A DNA stretch of 64,000 nt from Nostoc sp. (GCA_036918135.1 JBALDB010000054.1:1-64000); one strand, 5' to 3'; shown: positions 18,846 to 28,463, counted from the first letter of the stretch. Notes: generated from the letters alone by a model not told the origin. Made by a program: numbers and translations.

Positions 18846-19013
18846 ATGCGATCGCATCGACTGACAATTCGATTGCATCGACTGACAATGCTATTGCATC
18901 GACTGACAATGCGATTGTTGCGGCTAACAATGCGATCGCATTACCTTACAATGTAATTGTATTGACTTACAATGCCATTGCATCGCCTAACAATGCTATT
19001 GCATCGGCTGACA
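18846..19013. repeat. 21-bp tandem repeat array C (8 units)
   Basis: Same consensus as arrays A and B; ends 180 bp upstream of the 19193 gene. Confidence 0.95.
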
Positions 19014-19192
19014 TAACTTACAAGTTTTCATGTTTTTAGACCACACTATTGATTCCTCTGTACGCTTAGAGTGGCTTTACATAAGATAAAAAAGATGTGG
19101 TACATTTACCCAAAAATAGCTGTAAAAGCATCCTGTTAGCTTTAGAGTTGTAATGGGCATATTAAATGTATACTTTATTACGATATACATAT

Positions 19193-19567
19193 ATGCCTAC
19201 CCAAGATACAACACGCCGTTTGCCTCCTCAATCAATTAGTCAGGATATTACTTCATTGCACGGTTTTCAAACTATCAGCACATACAATACAACCCGTGCT
19301 GATGCCTCTGCTGCAAACTTAGAGCAAGCTTATCAAACTATGTTGAGTTTTCAACAAGCCGAAATCGAGAAACTAACTTTATACCGTGCTGCCGCTGATG
19401 CTGCACGATTAGCAGAATGGGAATTTCACAATGCTATATTAGCTATGAAAGAAGTTGTGCGCGGGCAATATGGGTCAGACAGCGATCAAGCTCAAGCAGT
19501 TGGACTAAAGAAAAAATCAGAGCGCAAGCGTTCTAACCGGAAAAAGTCAGTTGCGGCTGCAAGTTAA
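19193..19567 (+). CDS. Uncharacterised 124-aa alpha-helical protein with basic C-terminal tail
   Basis: MPTQDTTRRL...WEFHNAILAMKEVVRGQYGSDSDQAQAVGLKKKSERKRSNRKK; Ala-rich amphipathic helices; followed by a possible hairpin at ~19592-19628. Confidence 0.85.
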   Translation: MPTQDTTRRLPPQSISQDITSLHGFQTISTYNTTRADASAANLEQAYQTMLSFQQAEIEKLTLYRAAADAARLAEWEFHNAILAMKEVVRGQYGSDSDQAQAVGLKKKSERKRSNRKKSVAAAS

Positions 19568-19760
19568 TCAACTTAACCATTAAGTAAGCATAGAGCATCG
19601 CTGACTTTTCTTCAAAGGCGATCGCTCTTTACTGCTAATTCTGGCGTTATATAGTTGCGGGATTTATCTCGCGCAAAGGGGCAAAGACAAGCCACTGCGC
19701 CCTTGCGGCTCTGCCGTGCAAAAGAAACTCTACAAAATCATCCCACATTTATGCAACGCC

Positions 19761-20531
19761 CTAATTTTCTAAATTGCAGCACTCTACTTTTGGTTCAGTT
19801 GCAAAATCATTCAAACCCACAGCTTTCAATAGCGCCGTCCAAGAAGTATCTTGCGAATTGGGGCGACGCAATTCATTAGCAGTACTCAGCGCTTCATACC
19901 AAATACCATTCGCCGCATAAAGATTTACTTGCTGGCGTGGTGTTGCTTTTGCCAATTGAGTTTTTAAAGCAGGCTTTAGTTGCTCCCGTTTTATATAGCC
20001 TTCAACATTAGCAAAAGGTTGCTTATCCTTCTGACAGTATATGTTAAAATACCATCGGTATTGCTTGCCAATCTCCAAAGGTGCTGCTTTTGATGGCAAG
20101 CGAAGGTTTACTACTCCTGGTGTCCCCGTAAAAGAAGTTTTATAAATAGTCTGATGTTTTGCTTCATCTTCTAGGACAAACTCTCCAGATGTGAAGTCGG
20201 ATGCATAAGGAACATAGAATAAGAAACTAGGATGCTCTTCGATCGTTGTGCCAAACACCAATTCTGAGTTTGAATAAACAGGCACTAAAGCTGTGAGCTG
20301 CTTTTGAGAAAAAGTCATGCGCTTATTTATATCTTGACCACAGCCACGACTACCAGCTTCTCCTCGCTTACCTGGTTCCTCGATGCCTTTTGGTGGGGGT
20401 GGTGCTGCGAAAATCAATGATTGGTTTAATTGTCCGTTGGGATTTGCAGGCTGTGCTTGAACATCTATAGAGCTAAGGAGTATTAAACTAACGGCGAGGA
20501 AAATTTGAATCTTTTGCATAGATAACTTCAT
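19761..20531 (-). CDS. DUF928 domain protein
   Basis: Signal peptide, GEAGSRGC, LTALVP, PSFLFYVPY, LEIGKQYRWYFNIYC, YAANGIWYEAL. Confidence 0.92.
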   Translation of the reverse strand: MKLSMQKIQIFLAVSLILLSSIDVQAQPANPNGQLNQSLIFAAPPPPKGIEEPGKRGEAGSRGCGQDINKRMTFSQKQLTALVPVYSNSELVFGTTIEEHPSFLFYVPYASDFTSGEFVLEDEAKHQTIYKTSFTGTPGVVNLRLPSKAAPLEIGKQYRWYFNIYCQKDKQPFANVEGYIKREQLKPALKTQLAKATPRQQVNLYAANGIWYEALSTANELRRPNSQDTSWTALLKAVGLNDFATEPKVECCNLEN

Positions 20532-20558
20532 TTTTATTTATGCCTCAAGTTGTAAAAA

Positions 20559-22907
20559 TCAGTTGTCTCTGCTTTGTTGTAAAAATACATAAGTTGCCAC
20601 TGTGCTGCCAGTAACCACTAAAACCAAAGCTGACGGAACTAGGGGAACCCAAATCCCTTTGTAAAAAAGAATTAAGCAAAAAACGTATAAGACTCCAAGT
20701 ACACCTGCTGCCGCCAATATTAAATATAGTCTTGACCGATCGCTTGGTGCGATCGCCACCGATCCGGCTACGCCAATTGCACCTCCAACCACTGACCAAC
20801 TCCAAACCCACAAAACTTCGCCCCAAACGGGCAAAACTGATATCAAAGGTCGCCCATCCATCACCGCACTCACTAGCTGACTCACCATTTGTGCTTGCAG
20901 AACCACTCCTGGTATTTCTTCGGCAGAAAAAGCCTGCCCATTCATGTAGGGGGTAGGACTATAATCACGAAAGCTTTGAGCAGTAGTACCAATGAGAATA
21001 ATTCGGTCTTTGACTTGTTCAGCGTTGACTTTACCCTTGAGAACATCTGTGAGTGTGACTTTTGGAGCAATTTCTTCAGGAGAACCTTGGAAAGAGCGGT
21101 AATTGAGCAATATTTGGTAGCCGCCTGTATCCGTTTGTTGATAGCCACCCATCTGAGGCTGCAACCGCTTAAAAACGACGTTGCCTAACTGTAAATTTCC
21201 AGAGTCAGTGTATTTGGCAGAGATGCCTTTTGCCTCCAAGTAGTGGAATGCCAGTTGAGCATTAAGGGCGTAGGGTGCAGTACAAGGGGAAGTTACATCT
21301 GCTGGTTGCATTGCTAATAAATGACGACGCACAACGCGGTCTGGATCTGGGACAATATCACTAAATCCTTGGCGTTCTAGCGGAACCCCTAAAGGCGGCG
21401 AAATTCCTGGACGGTCTTTTGTAAGTTCTTGAACTTTGCAAATTGCAAAAAGCTTGCGATCTGTTTTCAACCTAGTCGCCAAAGAAGCTTGGTTGGGTTG
21501 TGATGGCCGGTCGTGATAAATATCCAACCCAATGGCTTTGGGTTGGAACTGTGCAAGTTTTTCTAAAAGTCGGGCTAGTGCTAGATCCGATAGCGACCCT
21601 CTTCTTTCCTTTTGCTCTGGTAACTGAAAATCTTCTTCGGTAACAGTGACTATCAACAGGCGCGAATCTTGCTTTTCTTGGGGACGCGATCGCATTAATC
21701 GATCGTAAGTTTGTAACTCCCATGTTTGCAATCCTCCCATTTGCCGAACTCCCAGTACGCTGATGGTGAGCATCACACTCATTAAAAATCCCCTAATGAG
21801 TAGGCGGCTATTAAATTTAATTCCGGGCTTTGGCCAAGTCATCGGTATGGCAGCAGGATTTTCACAAATTATCGGTAACCAAGTTGCCCCTGGAAATTTG
21901 TCCTCTAATCCTTGTAGTTTTTCTCTGGCAGTGCGAACTGCAATATATAAAGATGCCCCTGAAGAAAAAGCTTCCAGAAAATGCTTTAAAAATGTTTGTG
22001 CCACAAGATCGGGCACAGGTTCCCGCATGACAATGATTTGGGGAATATGTAAATCTTGTAATTCTCGCGCTAATCCCAATCCATCACAGGAGTTGAAAAT
22101 CGCCAACTGTAACCCATTGGTGATGGTATTTCTCAGGGCATATTTTAGGTCTGCAATCGTTAAACTATCTTTCTCATTGATATAGATGCGACCAGTTTCA
22201 CCCTCGCTTCTACTATGACCAGCAAAAAATAAAATGTTCCAAGATTGGTTCCATAGACGATCGTTGATCCGATCGCGTTGGGGCTGTGTCAAAAAGGTTG
22301 TGGCAGCATTGGGCAATTTTTTCAGTAATTCGCAGTCTTTGTCTATATCAATACCAGCTTTATCGCCCAAAATCGCCAATATGTTGATTTTATGTCTGTA
22401 GGTAGATGTCTGCAATCGAGTTACTTGTTCTGACTCTGGAACACTCAAAGCTACTTCGGCTTTGGTGTAGTCGCGATCGAGCAAATCCCATAAATGCCAA
22501 GGAAGTTTCTCTAGCTGCATAGAAGCAGTGCGAATCAGCACTCGTACTTCTTCATTAGGCATTAAGTATTTAAGCAATTTTTCTCGAATCCGCCAAAATG
22601 ACTCTGACTCTAACCAGTGATTTAAGTGCGATCGCAACTCACAAGCTTTGTTTTGAAAGTCATTACGCCCTTGGGAAATAGAACCATCGTAAATAATTTT
22701 TTTGGCTTTGATGCGGCCATTTCCTAAATTACAATAAGCCGATCGCCACTCGTCAATTGCTTTAGCTATTTTTAGATTAGGAGGTAAGTGACCAGAGGTT
22801 TCTATGTTGGGGCGTTTGCCATCTTCTCCAATCTCCAGCGTTACCCGTACCCCTAACTCCAAATCGCCATCTAGCTTTAGAACAACTAACTTTCCCATTT
22901 GCAGCAC
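20559..22907 (-). CDS. CHAT + CHASE2 domain membrane sensor/protease
   Basis: LPWHLW, LFFAGHS, AIFNSCDGLGLA (CHAT); PKAIGLDIY, GFSDIVPDPD, PGVVLQAQMVSQL (CHASE2); three C-terminal TM helices. Confidence 0.92.
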   Translation of the reverse strand: MLQMGKLVVLKLDGDLELGVRVTLEIGEDGKRPNIETSGHLPPNLKIAKAIDEWRSAYCNLGNGRIKAKKIIYDGSISQGRNDFQNKACELRSHLNHWLESESFWRIREKLLKYLMPNEEVRVLIRTASMQLEKLPWHLWDLLDRDYTKAEVALSVPESEQVTRLQTSTYRHKINILAILGDKAGIDIDKDCELLKKLPNAATTFLTQPQRDRINDRLWNQSWNILFFAGHSRSEGETGRIYINEKDSLTIADLKYALRNTITNGLQLAIFNSCDGLGLARELQDLHIPQIIVMREPVPDLVAQTFLKHFLEAFSSGASLYIAVRTAREKLQGLEDKFPGATWLPIICENPAAIPMTWPKPGIKFNSRLLIRGFLMSVMLTISVLGVRQMGGLQTWELQTYDRLMRSRPQEKQDSRLLIVTVTEEDFQLPEQKERRGSLSDLALARLLEKLAQFQPKAIGLDIYHDRPSQPNQASLATRLKTDRKLFAICKVQELTKDRPGISPPLGVPLERQGFSDIVPDPDRVVRRHLLAMQPADVTSPCTAPYALNAQLAFHYLEAKGISAKYTDSGNLQLGNVVFKRLQPQMGGYQQTDTGGYQILLNYRSFQGSPEEIAPKVTLTDVLKGKVNAEQVKDRIILIGTTAQSFRDYSPTPYMNGQAFSAEEIPGVVLQAQMVSQLVSAVMDGRPLISVLPVWGEVLWVWSWSVVGGAIGVAGSVAIAPSDRSRLYLILAAAGVLGVLYVFCLILFYKGIWVPLVPSALVLVVTGSTVATYVFLQQSRDN

Positions 22908-22924
22908 CCCTATTGTTTTTCGCT

Positions 22925-23310
22925 TCAGATGAGAAAACTTTTTATAACGCTAATATTCCCCAAGACCAATTTAATACTAAAACGTTCTCCAACCTCGCCA
23001 CTAAACTGCAATTGAATATTCTTGTTAGTGCTTCTAGTTTGCGCTTCCATAATAGATTCTCCCATCTACTCCTTCAAAGTCAAGCACCATTAGTTGAAGA
23101 TTTCGTGGCAGATAAATTTCTCTGCATATGATTATGTACTTGTACGATAATGTCTATTTCCTGCTCCTTCTCTTGAATGAAGCCAACGACTAGAATTACA
23201 GATTGAATGGTTCCTGTTTTTCCTAAATCAATCAGCTTACCCCTACTAATAAAAGAACCATTAGCACGTCTTAGACTCCAATCTAGATTAGCTCTTTGAT
23301 TATCAAAGAG
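22925..23310 (-). pseudogene. DUF1822-family C-terminal remnant (5'-truncated, two frameshifts)
   Basis: Three frames read SRGKLIDLG..EIDIIVQVH / EIYLPRNLQLMVLDFEG / GESIMEAQTRSTNKNIQLQFSGEVGERFSIKLVLGNISVIKSFLI*; sits directly upstream of the CHASE2 gene. Confidence 0.85.
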
Positions 23311-23330
23311 GATTTATTTCAAAAAGCAGG

Positions 23331-23511
23331 TATAATCCCTCTTTTGTCACTCTGGGGAGAGAAAAATATTGCCTGATCTTGAGACTCAGACTTAATCAAG
23401 AATTGAGCGATCGCATCCCCATTTTTTCATTGAAATTACCTTGTTGCAAAAAAAACGTAAAAACAAGGGTTTGAGATTATTCTCTGCCGAAAGTGACAAA
23501 AGAGGGCTATA
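23331..23511. mobile_element. MITE
   Basis: Imperfect 27-bp inverted repeats with a perfect core CCCTCTTTTGTCACT (23337-23351) / AGTGACAAAAGAGGG (23492-23506); TATA at both ends. Confidence 0.8.
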
Positions 23512-23652
23512 GCAGATTGCAAGTGAGTGAGGTACAAAATGCAGGACTGATTTATCAGATATAAAGAGTTTCTACCTTCTGCCTCCAGCAAGAACTGCCT
23601 CGTGCCTCAAAACCTGTAACTTTGTACTTCATGCAAATGAAAACTGCTGTAT
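23509..23652. mobile_element. MITE (TA-flanked Nostoc type)
   Basis: Imperfect inverted ends ATAGCAGATTGCAAGTGAGTGAGGTACAAA / TTTGTACTTCATGCAAATGAAAACTGCTGTAT; internal CTGCCT heptamer-like repeats. Confidence 0.65.
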
Positions 23653-23778
23653 ATGACTACGGCTATAACAACCATACCTCTATCGTTCATACCCAATGCC
23701 AAGGAGGCAGGAGGTAAAACTTATTAACCCAAGCTGCTAGTTAACTTGGTGCTGTTCTCTACCGCTAACTGATAATAG

Positions 23779-24228
23779 TCATACACCAACATTTACTAAA
23801 TCAACATCAGCAAGCCATATTGTTCTGCTTTGGGCAAACTCTTCTTCTAAAATTGGGGAGCGCCACTCTACCCCGTAAAGCCAATTATCTTTAAGACAAA
23901 AAATCCCTTGGATAATACGGCGTGTCGGCTGTTCTCCGAAATCAACCTCAACTATGTCCCCCAATGCAAAAGCTGGAGTAGAAACAGTGAATTCTAGTAC
24001 ATTTGTTCGGTGAAATTCTTGCTCAGGTAAGTAGAGAGTTTCACTGTGGCAAACAATTGCATAAATCCATTCTTGTCCAGACCACTCAACACCACAGCAA
24101 TAACCTGACAAGTCTAAGATTGGTAAAGCCACTTTTTCCAACATTTTCACTGCTAGTGGAGGTATAGTCTTACCCCAACCAGGAGAAATATGCCAACAGG
24201 ATTCTAAGGCGGTAAAAGGGTTAATCAT
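23779..24228 (-). CDS. DUF1392-like protein
   Basis: LESCWHISPGWG, GYCCGVEWS..WIYAI, PAFALGDIV..RRIIQGI..WLYGVEWRSP; family I recall from Nostoc plasmids. Confidence 0.7.
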   Translation of the reverse strand: MINPFTALESCWHISPGWGKTIPPLAVKMLEKVALPILDLSGYCCGVEWSGQEWIYAIVCHSETLYLPEQEFHRTNVLEFTVSTPAFALGDIVEVDFGEQPTRRIIQGIFCLKDNWLYGVEWRSPILEEEFAQSRTIWLADVDLVNVGV

Positions 24229-24700
24229 CTGGGAATGTAGTTCTCTTTTTTATACATACACTCACTTGTATCAGTCCGATCCGGAATATAATTTAAATAC
24301 TTCACTCGCTACGTCAATTACCTAATCAATAGAGGTTTGAAAGCCAAAATCCCTGAACATTTGACCAAACTATCTAATTTCTGTGCTGGTTCGGTGTATT
24401 CAGATCGGCCAAGGATTAAACTGAGCTGCAACTTGATTGTTAATGACGCTCTACGACAGCTTCTTCATTTCGTGAATTCGGCTGTTCATTGCGCTATCGT
24501 TTGGTGGATGTCTTGAAGAATATGTAGAAATTCGATCGACTACTTTATAGCGATACCTTCCTTACCAAAGGCTATACCAACACTGAACTTTTCTACGAGA
24601 CGCTCTGCAAACACTAAACTTTTAGGTGTACTGACTGTATTTTAACTTGCCACGGATATGATAGCATTTGTTCAACGATTTTTAATAGCATACCTTTTCC

Positions 24701-25279
24701 ATGAATCAAGTTCGACTCCCTAAAGTTAGCGTCGCCCTGATTGGTTTGCTACTAGCAAGCGTATTTCATGCTACTCCCGTGCTGGGAGCTATTCTGACTA
24801 AACAAGAATTTTCGGGTGATTTTACCTTAGTGGATGCTAACCCTTTTTTGGAGAACCTTTTGCCAAAAGAGAGCGAATATTCGGGATTTGTGGTTTACGC
24901 TCCCGATGGAACTTTGAACGATTGGGAGCTTAAGGTCAACAATCTAGACCTGAATTTGAATCCAGGCTCTACTAATGGCGGTGGCTTAACCCGAAATGCT
25001 AATTTTGAGCTTGATTCCGAGTCAAATTGGAATCTAGTGGTTGATTTTGGCATTGCTTTTGATGCTCCTAGATATACCTTAGAAAGAACTTCAAGCTCAA
25101 AAATTAGCTTGACGGGTGAAGTTGGACGGGCAGGAACATACATCTATCAAGATTCTGCTGCCAATATTATCGTGAGTTCTTCATCTACATCTATACCTGA
25201 ACCCTCTTCCCTATTAGGTTTATTTTTTGGAGTCAGTGCAATTGCTGCCTCTAAAAAAGCTGGTGGGACTAAAGCTTAA
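24701..25279 (+). CDS. PEP-CTERM sorting domain protein
   Basis: N-terminal signal peptide; C-terminal IPEPSSLLGLFFGVSAIAASKK. Confidence 0.9.
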   Translation: MNQVRLPKVSVALIGLLLASVFHATPVLGAILTKQEFSGDFTLVDANPFLENLLPKESEYSGFVVYAPDGTLNDWELKVNNLDLNLNPGSTNGGGLTRNANFELDSESNWNLVVDFGIAFDAPRYTLERTSSSKISLTGEVGRAGTYIYQDSAANIIVSSSSTSIPEPSSLLGLFFGVSAIAASKKAGGTKA

Positions 25280-25664
25280 ATTTAGCTCTATATACATAAA
25301 CCCGATCTGGAAATAAGAACCTTGTTTTCACCAAAGCCAGGTTCTTTATTTTATGGTTGAAGAAGAATTCAGAAGTCGTGATAGAGCTATCAGTGAGATA
25401 ACATCTGCAATTTAACCACTCATGTTTCACCCTTATCTTCACCTTATGCTGTCTCAATAACAACGATGCTCCCGCCAACGCCTATCTTCTTGATGCCCAC
25501 AAAGCGTTGTGTCTCCTCTATTGAGAAGAACTATAGGGCAATTGCTCTCTACATTTAGCAAAAGCTGACTGTGGCGCTTGCTGTCATTGGAATTGTCCAA
25601 ACCCGAAGTGTAGTTAGGTGAGACTGTATAAAACGCGATTTCCTTAAAAGCAAGAGTGAAGCTC

Positions 25665-25889
25665 ATGAATAACCAACCAAATCAAAAAAGTTATATTTTA
25701 CAAAAAACGTTATGTCCTATCTGCGGTTCACAGAATTTCACTTGGGGTCGTACTGTTGGAGAATCACCAAGTCAGTGGGTGTATTTCCGTGCTGATAAAG
25801 CTGGCTGGGGGGAAGGCGAAAAGATACGGGCGCGTAAATGCCTTGATTGTAGCAATATTCAGTTATTTACCTCTGATTACACTGATTAA
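25665..25889 (+). CDS. Small putative zinc-ribbon protein
   Basis: CPICGS...ARKCLDCSNIQLF. Confidence 0.7.
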   Translation: MNNQPNQKSYILQKTLCPICGSQNFTWGRTVGESPSQWVYFRADKAGWGEGEKIRARKCLDCSNIQLFTSDYTD

Positions 25890-25934
25890 TAGCACCAGTG
25901 AGCAAATTGTAGTCAAATAGTTAGCATTTGCTAG

Positions 25935-26395
25935 CAGCCCTTTCAAGGTGTTGTGTTATGGGCTGATTTATTGTTTGGTTTAGGGAGGTGGAAATACTGG
26001 GGGAAAACAAAAATGCTGCTAGGTGAGGTGTTTGATAATTTTGTTCAAAAAAGTCCAGTATCTGTGATGGTTCGTGGACTTTTAGAGAAAGTACTTTGTC
26101 CACACAGACTCGATAAACTATTTGAGTGCAGTCCAAAGACCCAGTACACCCGCGAGTTACTGTTCTCTACATTGGTCAATTTAATCAGCCTTGTGGTTTG
26201 CGGAATTCACCCATCAGTACATGCCGCACATCAGGCATATCTAGCTCGTCAAATTAGGTTCAAAGCTTTTCGCCCTCATCCACTATCGCCCAAAAAAGTG
26301 CAGCCACGCACCTTTGTTAAAAGCAAGCCCCATGTCTCTACAGCTAAGATTCTAGCTCACAAAAAACTGGAAAATAACACACCTTGAAAGGGCTG
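25935..26395 (+). mobile_element. Internally deleted IS4-family element (461 bp, non-autonomous)
   Basis: Perfect 17-bp inverted repeats CAGCCCTTTCAAGGTGT / ACACCTTGAAAGGGCTG; ORF joins the transposase N-terminus (FVQKSPVSVMVRGLLE..QYTRELLFS) to its C-terminus (PHVSTAKIL). Confidence 0.88.
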
Positions 26396-26659
26396 GTGCT
26401 AAGAACATCGGAAGTTGGGTGTGGGAAAACTTGCACGCCCAGATTTAACACCAGAGGTGCGCGGGATAATACCCGCCATCGACTCTACCAAATAAAATGC
26501 CCAGCCTCATCACATATATTTTCTTAAAAACTTAGTAACTGGTTGCGTTGCGCCTTTCAAGCGCAACGCAAGGTTGGGCATTTTATTACTGGTAAGTGCC
26601 TTGCCTGTTGCCTATTAAGAGTTACCTACCATAAAACCATCGCAAGAGCTTACATTCCT

Positions 26660-27415
26660 TTAGTTTGGTTTCACTCTCAGATAAAATTGTGTAGCAACAA
26701 ACTTAGTATCCCTCTTGGTTGGATCTACGTTTTCTGCTACCTCCGTTATACCTACAGCAATCAAACCTTGATCGAAAATTTCGCTTGTTGCTGCATCAAT
26801 TTGTTTTTGTGTTGCACCCGTTTGACTCAAATCGATTGACGAAACTTGAGAAATCTTCGGCTTATTTAGAACCAGCTGAACTGTGGAGAAGCAAGGAGTT
26901 GTAATGCAACGAATGCCATTGTCTTTTAGTCCCACAAAAGTCCCTTTCGCCGGGGCATTTGTCGCAGCATAGAAGGCTTCTTTTACTCTCAAATTCCCAA
27001 ACTCACCGAATCCAGGAAATGTTACTGGAACGATGTTACCTCTGAGAATCACACGGCTACCATCATCATTTTGAATTTTTACCAGTTCGTAAGGCGAGAC
27101 TTTCAGGGAACTCCAATCAATTGCAGACACATAGCATTCAGAGCGAAAAACGCCATCAACGCAAGGAGTAGCCTTCAAGTTGACTTGCTTGATGAAATAT
27201 CCCCCACATATAGGAGAAACACATTTGCGAAAATCTCTTCGCACGATGTAATATCCCCACTGTGGAAACTCTTGGTTTTTGACTGCAACTGAATTATTAG
27301 TCTCTGGAGCAGAAATATTTTGCGCCGATACTTTGGAGAAAAATCCATTGGTGACAATTAAAGCACCTAATAGAGGAATAATTGAGGATTTGTAGTTAAA
27401 TAATTGTTTGTTCAT
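26660..27415 (-). CDS. Secreted Cys-containing protein (DUF6748-like)
   Basis: Signal peptide; YYIVRRDFRKCVSPICGGYF and NGIRCITTPC motifs. Confidence 0.7.
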   Translation of the reverse strand: MNKQLFNYKSSIIPLLGALIVTNGFFSKVSAQNISAPETNNSVAVKNQEFPQWGYYIVRRDFRKCVSPICGGYFIKQVNLKATPCVDGVFRSECYVSAIDWSSLKVSPYELVKIQNDDGSRVILRGNIVPVTFPGFGEFGNLRVKEAFYAATNAPAKGTFVGLKDNGIRCITTPCFSTVQLVLNKPKISQVSSIDLSQTGATQKQIDAATSEIFDQGLIAVGITEVAENVDPTKRDTKFVATQFYLRVKPN

Positions 27416-27486
27416 GGTAGTTTTCGATTTTATTTGAGGGTTAGATACCTTTATTAAGAGCAGAGTTGACAGCATTTCTGGCAAAA

Positions 27487-27775
27487 ACTGCCTGGGTCAG
27501 AAAAAGGGATTGACGATTGGGTGGTGGCACTGGGTAAAAAGGCTGACAAGGCCGTTACTACCATGATTGCTGATGCTCTGACTCTAAACGAATACCAGCA
27601 AAGATTTTTCATCAATCGCGTTAGAGGATTGCGTAAGTTCAAGCCCAATGTAACATGTAATACTCGTTACCTTTCCCAAGCAATTTATTCTTTGCCCCAA
27701 TCTAGGTTAGTTGGTTTAGCGTCCGATATGGGAACTGGTAAAACTGAAATCTTGGCTTGGTCATTATTGCAATAA
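27487..27775 (+). pseudogene. Internal fragment of CyRepA1-like primase/helicase replication protein
   Basis: LPGSEKGIDDWVVA (Toprim-like KGxDD) ... ASDMGTGKTE (Walker A), truncated right after. Confidence 0.7.
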
Positions 27776-28040
27776 TCATGTATTGAAAAGGATGAGAAAA
27801 AAGAGCATGAAAATGATATTCATAACCAACTAATGCACAATTTATTAGGAGTTGATGAGCAACTAATTATTAAATATTTATTCGTAAATCCGAATAAATT
27901 TAGAGAAAAAGGTGTCTCGCAAGTATATAAGCAAGCTGTCAAAACCAAATTTTTGAATCAAATACAAAATCTAAAATTTACTTATAAATCAAGAAATTTT
28001 TATGAAGAATTACAAGCAATAGCTAACGATATTTAATAAA

Positions 28041-28463
28041 TTAGGAAAACCGATACAAAATATTTCCATTTTCGTTCACTTCAAAGTTAGCATTTAGTTC
28101 CTTAGCTTTACCATCTAAATATTGTTGAGCTTTCTGGGTTGATATCTCTGCATTTTTCGCCATTTGCAATACTGTTATCGTTCCAGAATTACTCTCAACT
28201 AACTCTAAAAACACTACCTGGAGACGCCTTTGTTCTGATTCAATAACTAATGTTTTTTCTTTTCTGTTCTGCTGCACTAAAGACCAACTCAACCAACCAC
28301 CGATAAGTGTTGACGGAATAGTAAAAATAGTTAAAGCCGCTACAGCATCTTGTTTGTCTTTAGAGGTAGTTTTGGGATTAAGAATGTCTAGAAGCATTAC
28401 AGCAGAAAATGGAATACCAAATAAGAGAAAAAATAATGCTAAAAATTTTTTAATTGATTTCAT
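28041..28463 (-). CDS. Hypothetical membrane protein
   Basis: Two TM helices, then a winged-helix-like C-terminus (GTITVLQMAKNAEIS..FEVNENGNILYRF). Confidence 0.75.
   Translation of the reverse strand: MKSIKKFLALFFLLFGIPFSAVMLLDILNPKTTSKDKQDAVAALTIFTIPSTLIGGWLSWSLVQQNRKEKTLVIESEQRRLQVVFLELVESNSGTITVLQMAKNAEISTQKAQQYLDGKAKELNANFEVNENGNILYRFS

Noticed and set aside
12360..19013. 21-bp arrays as CRISPR arrays
   Set aside because: Units are contiguous with no unique spacers, the period is too short, and there are no cas genes in the window.
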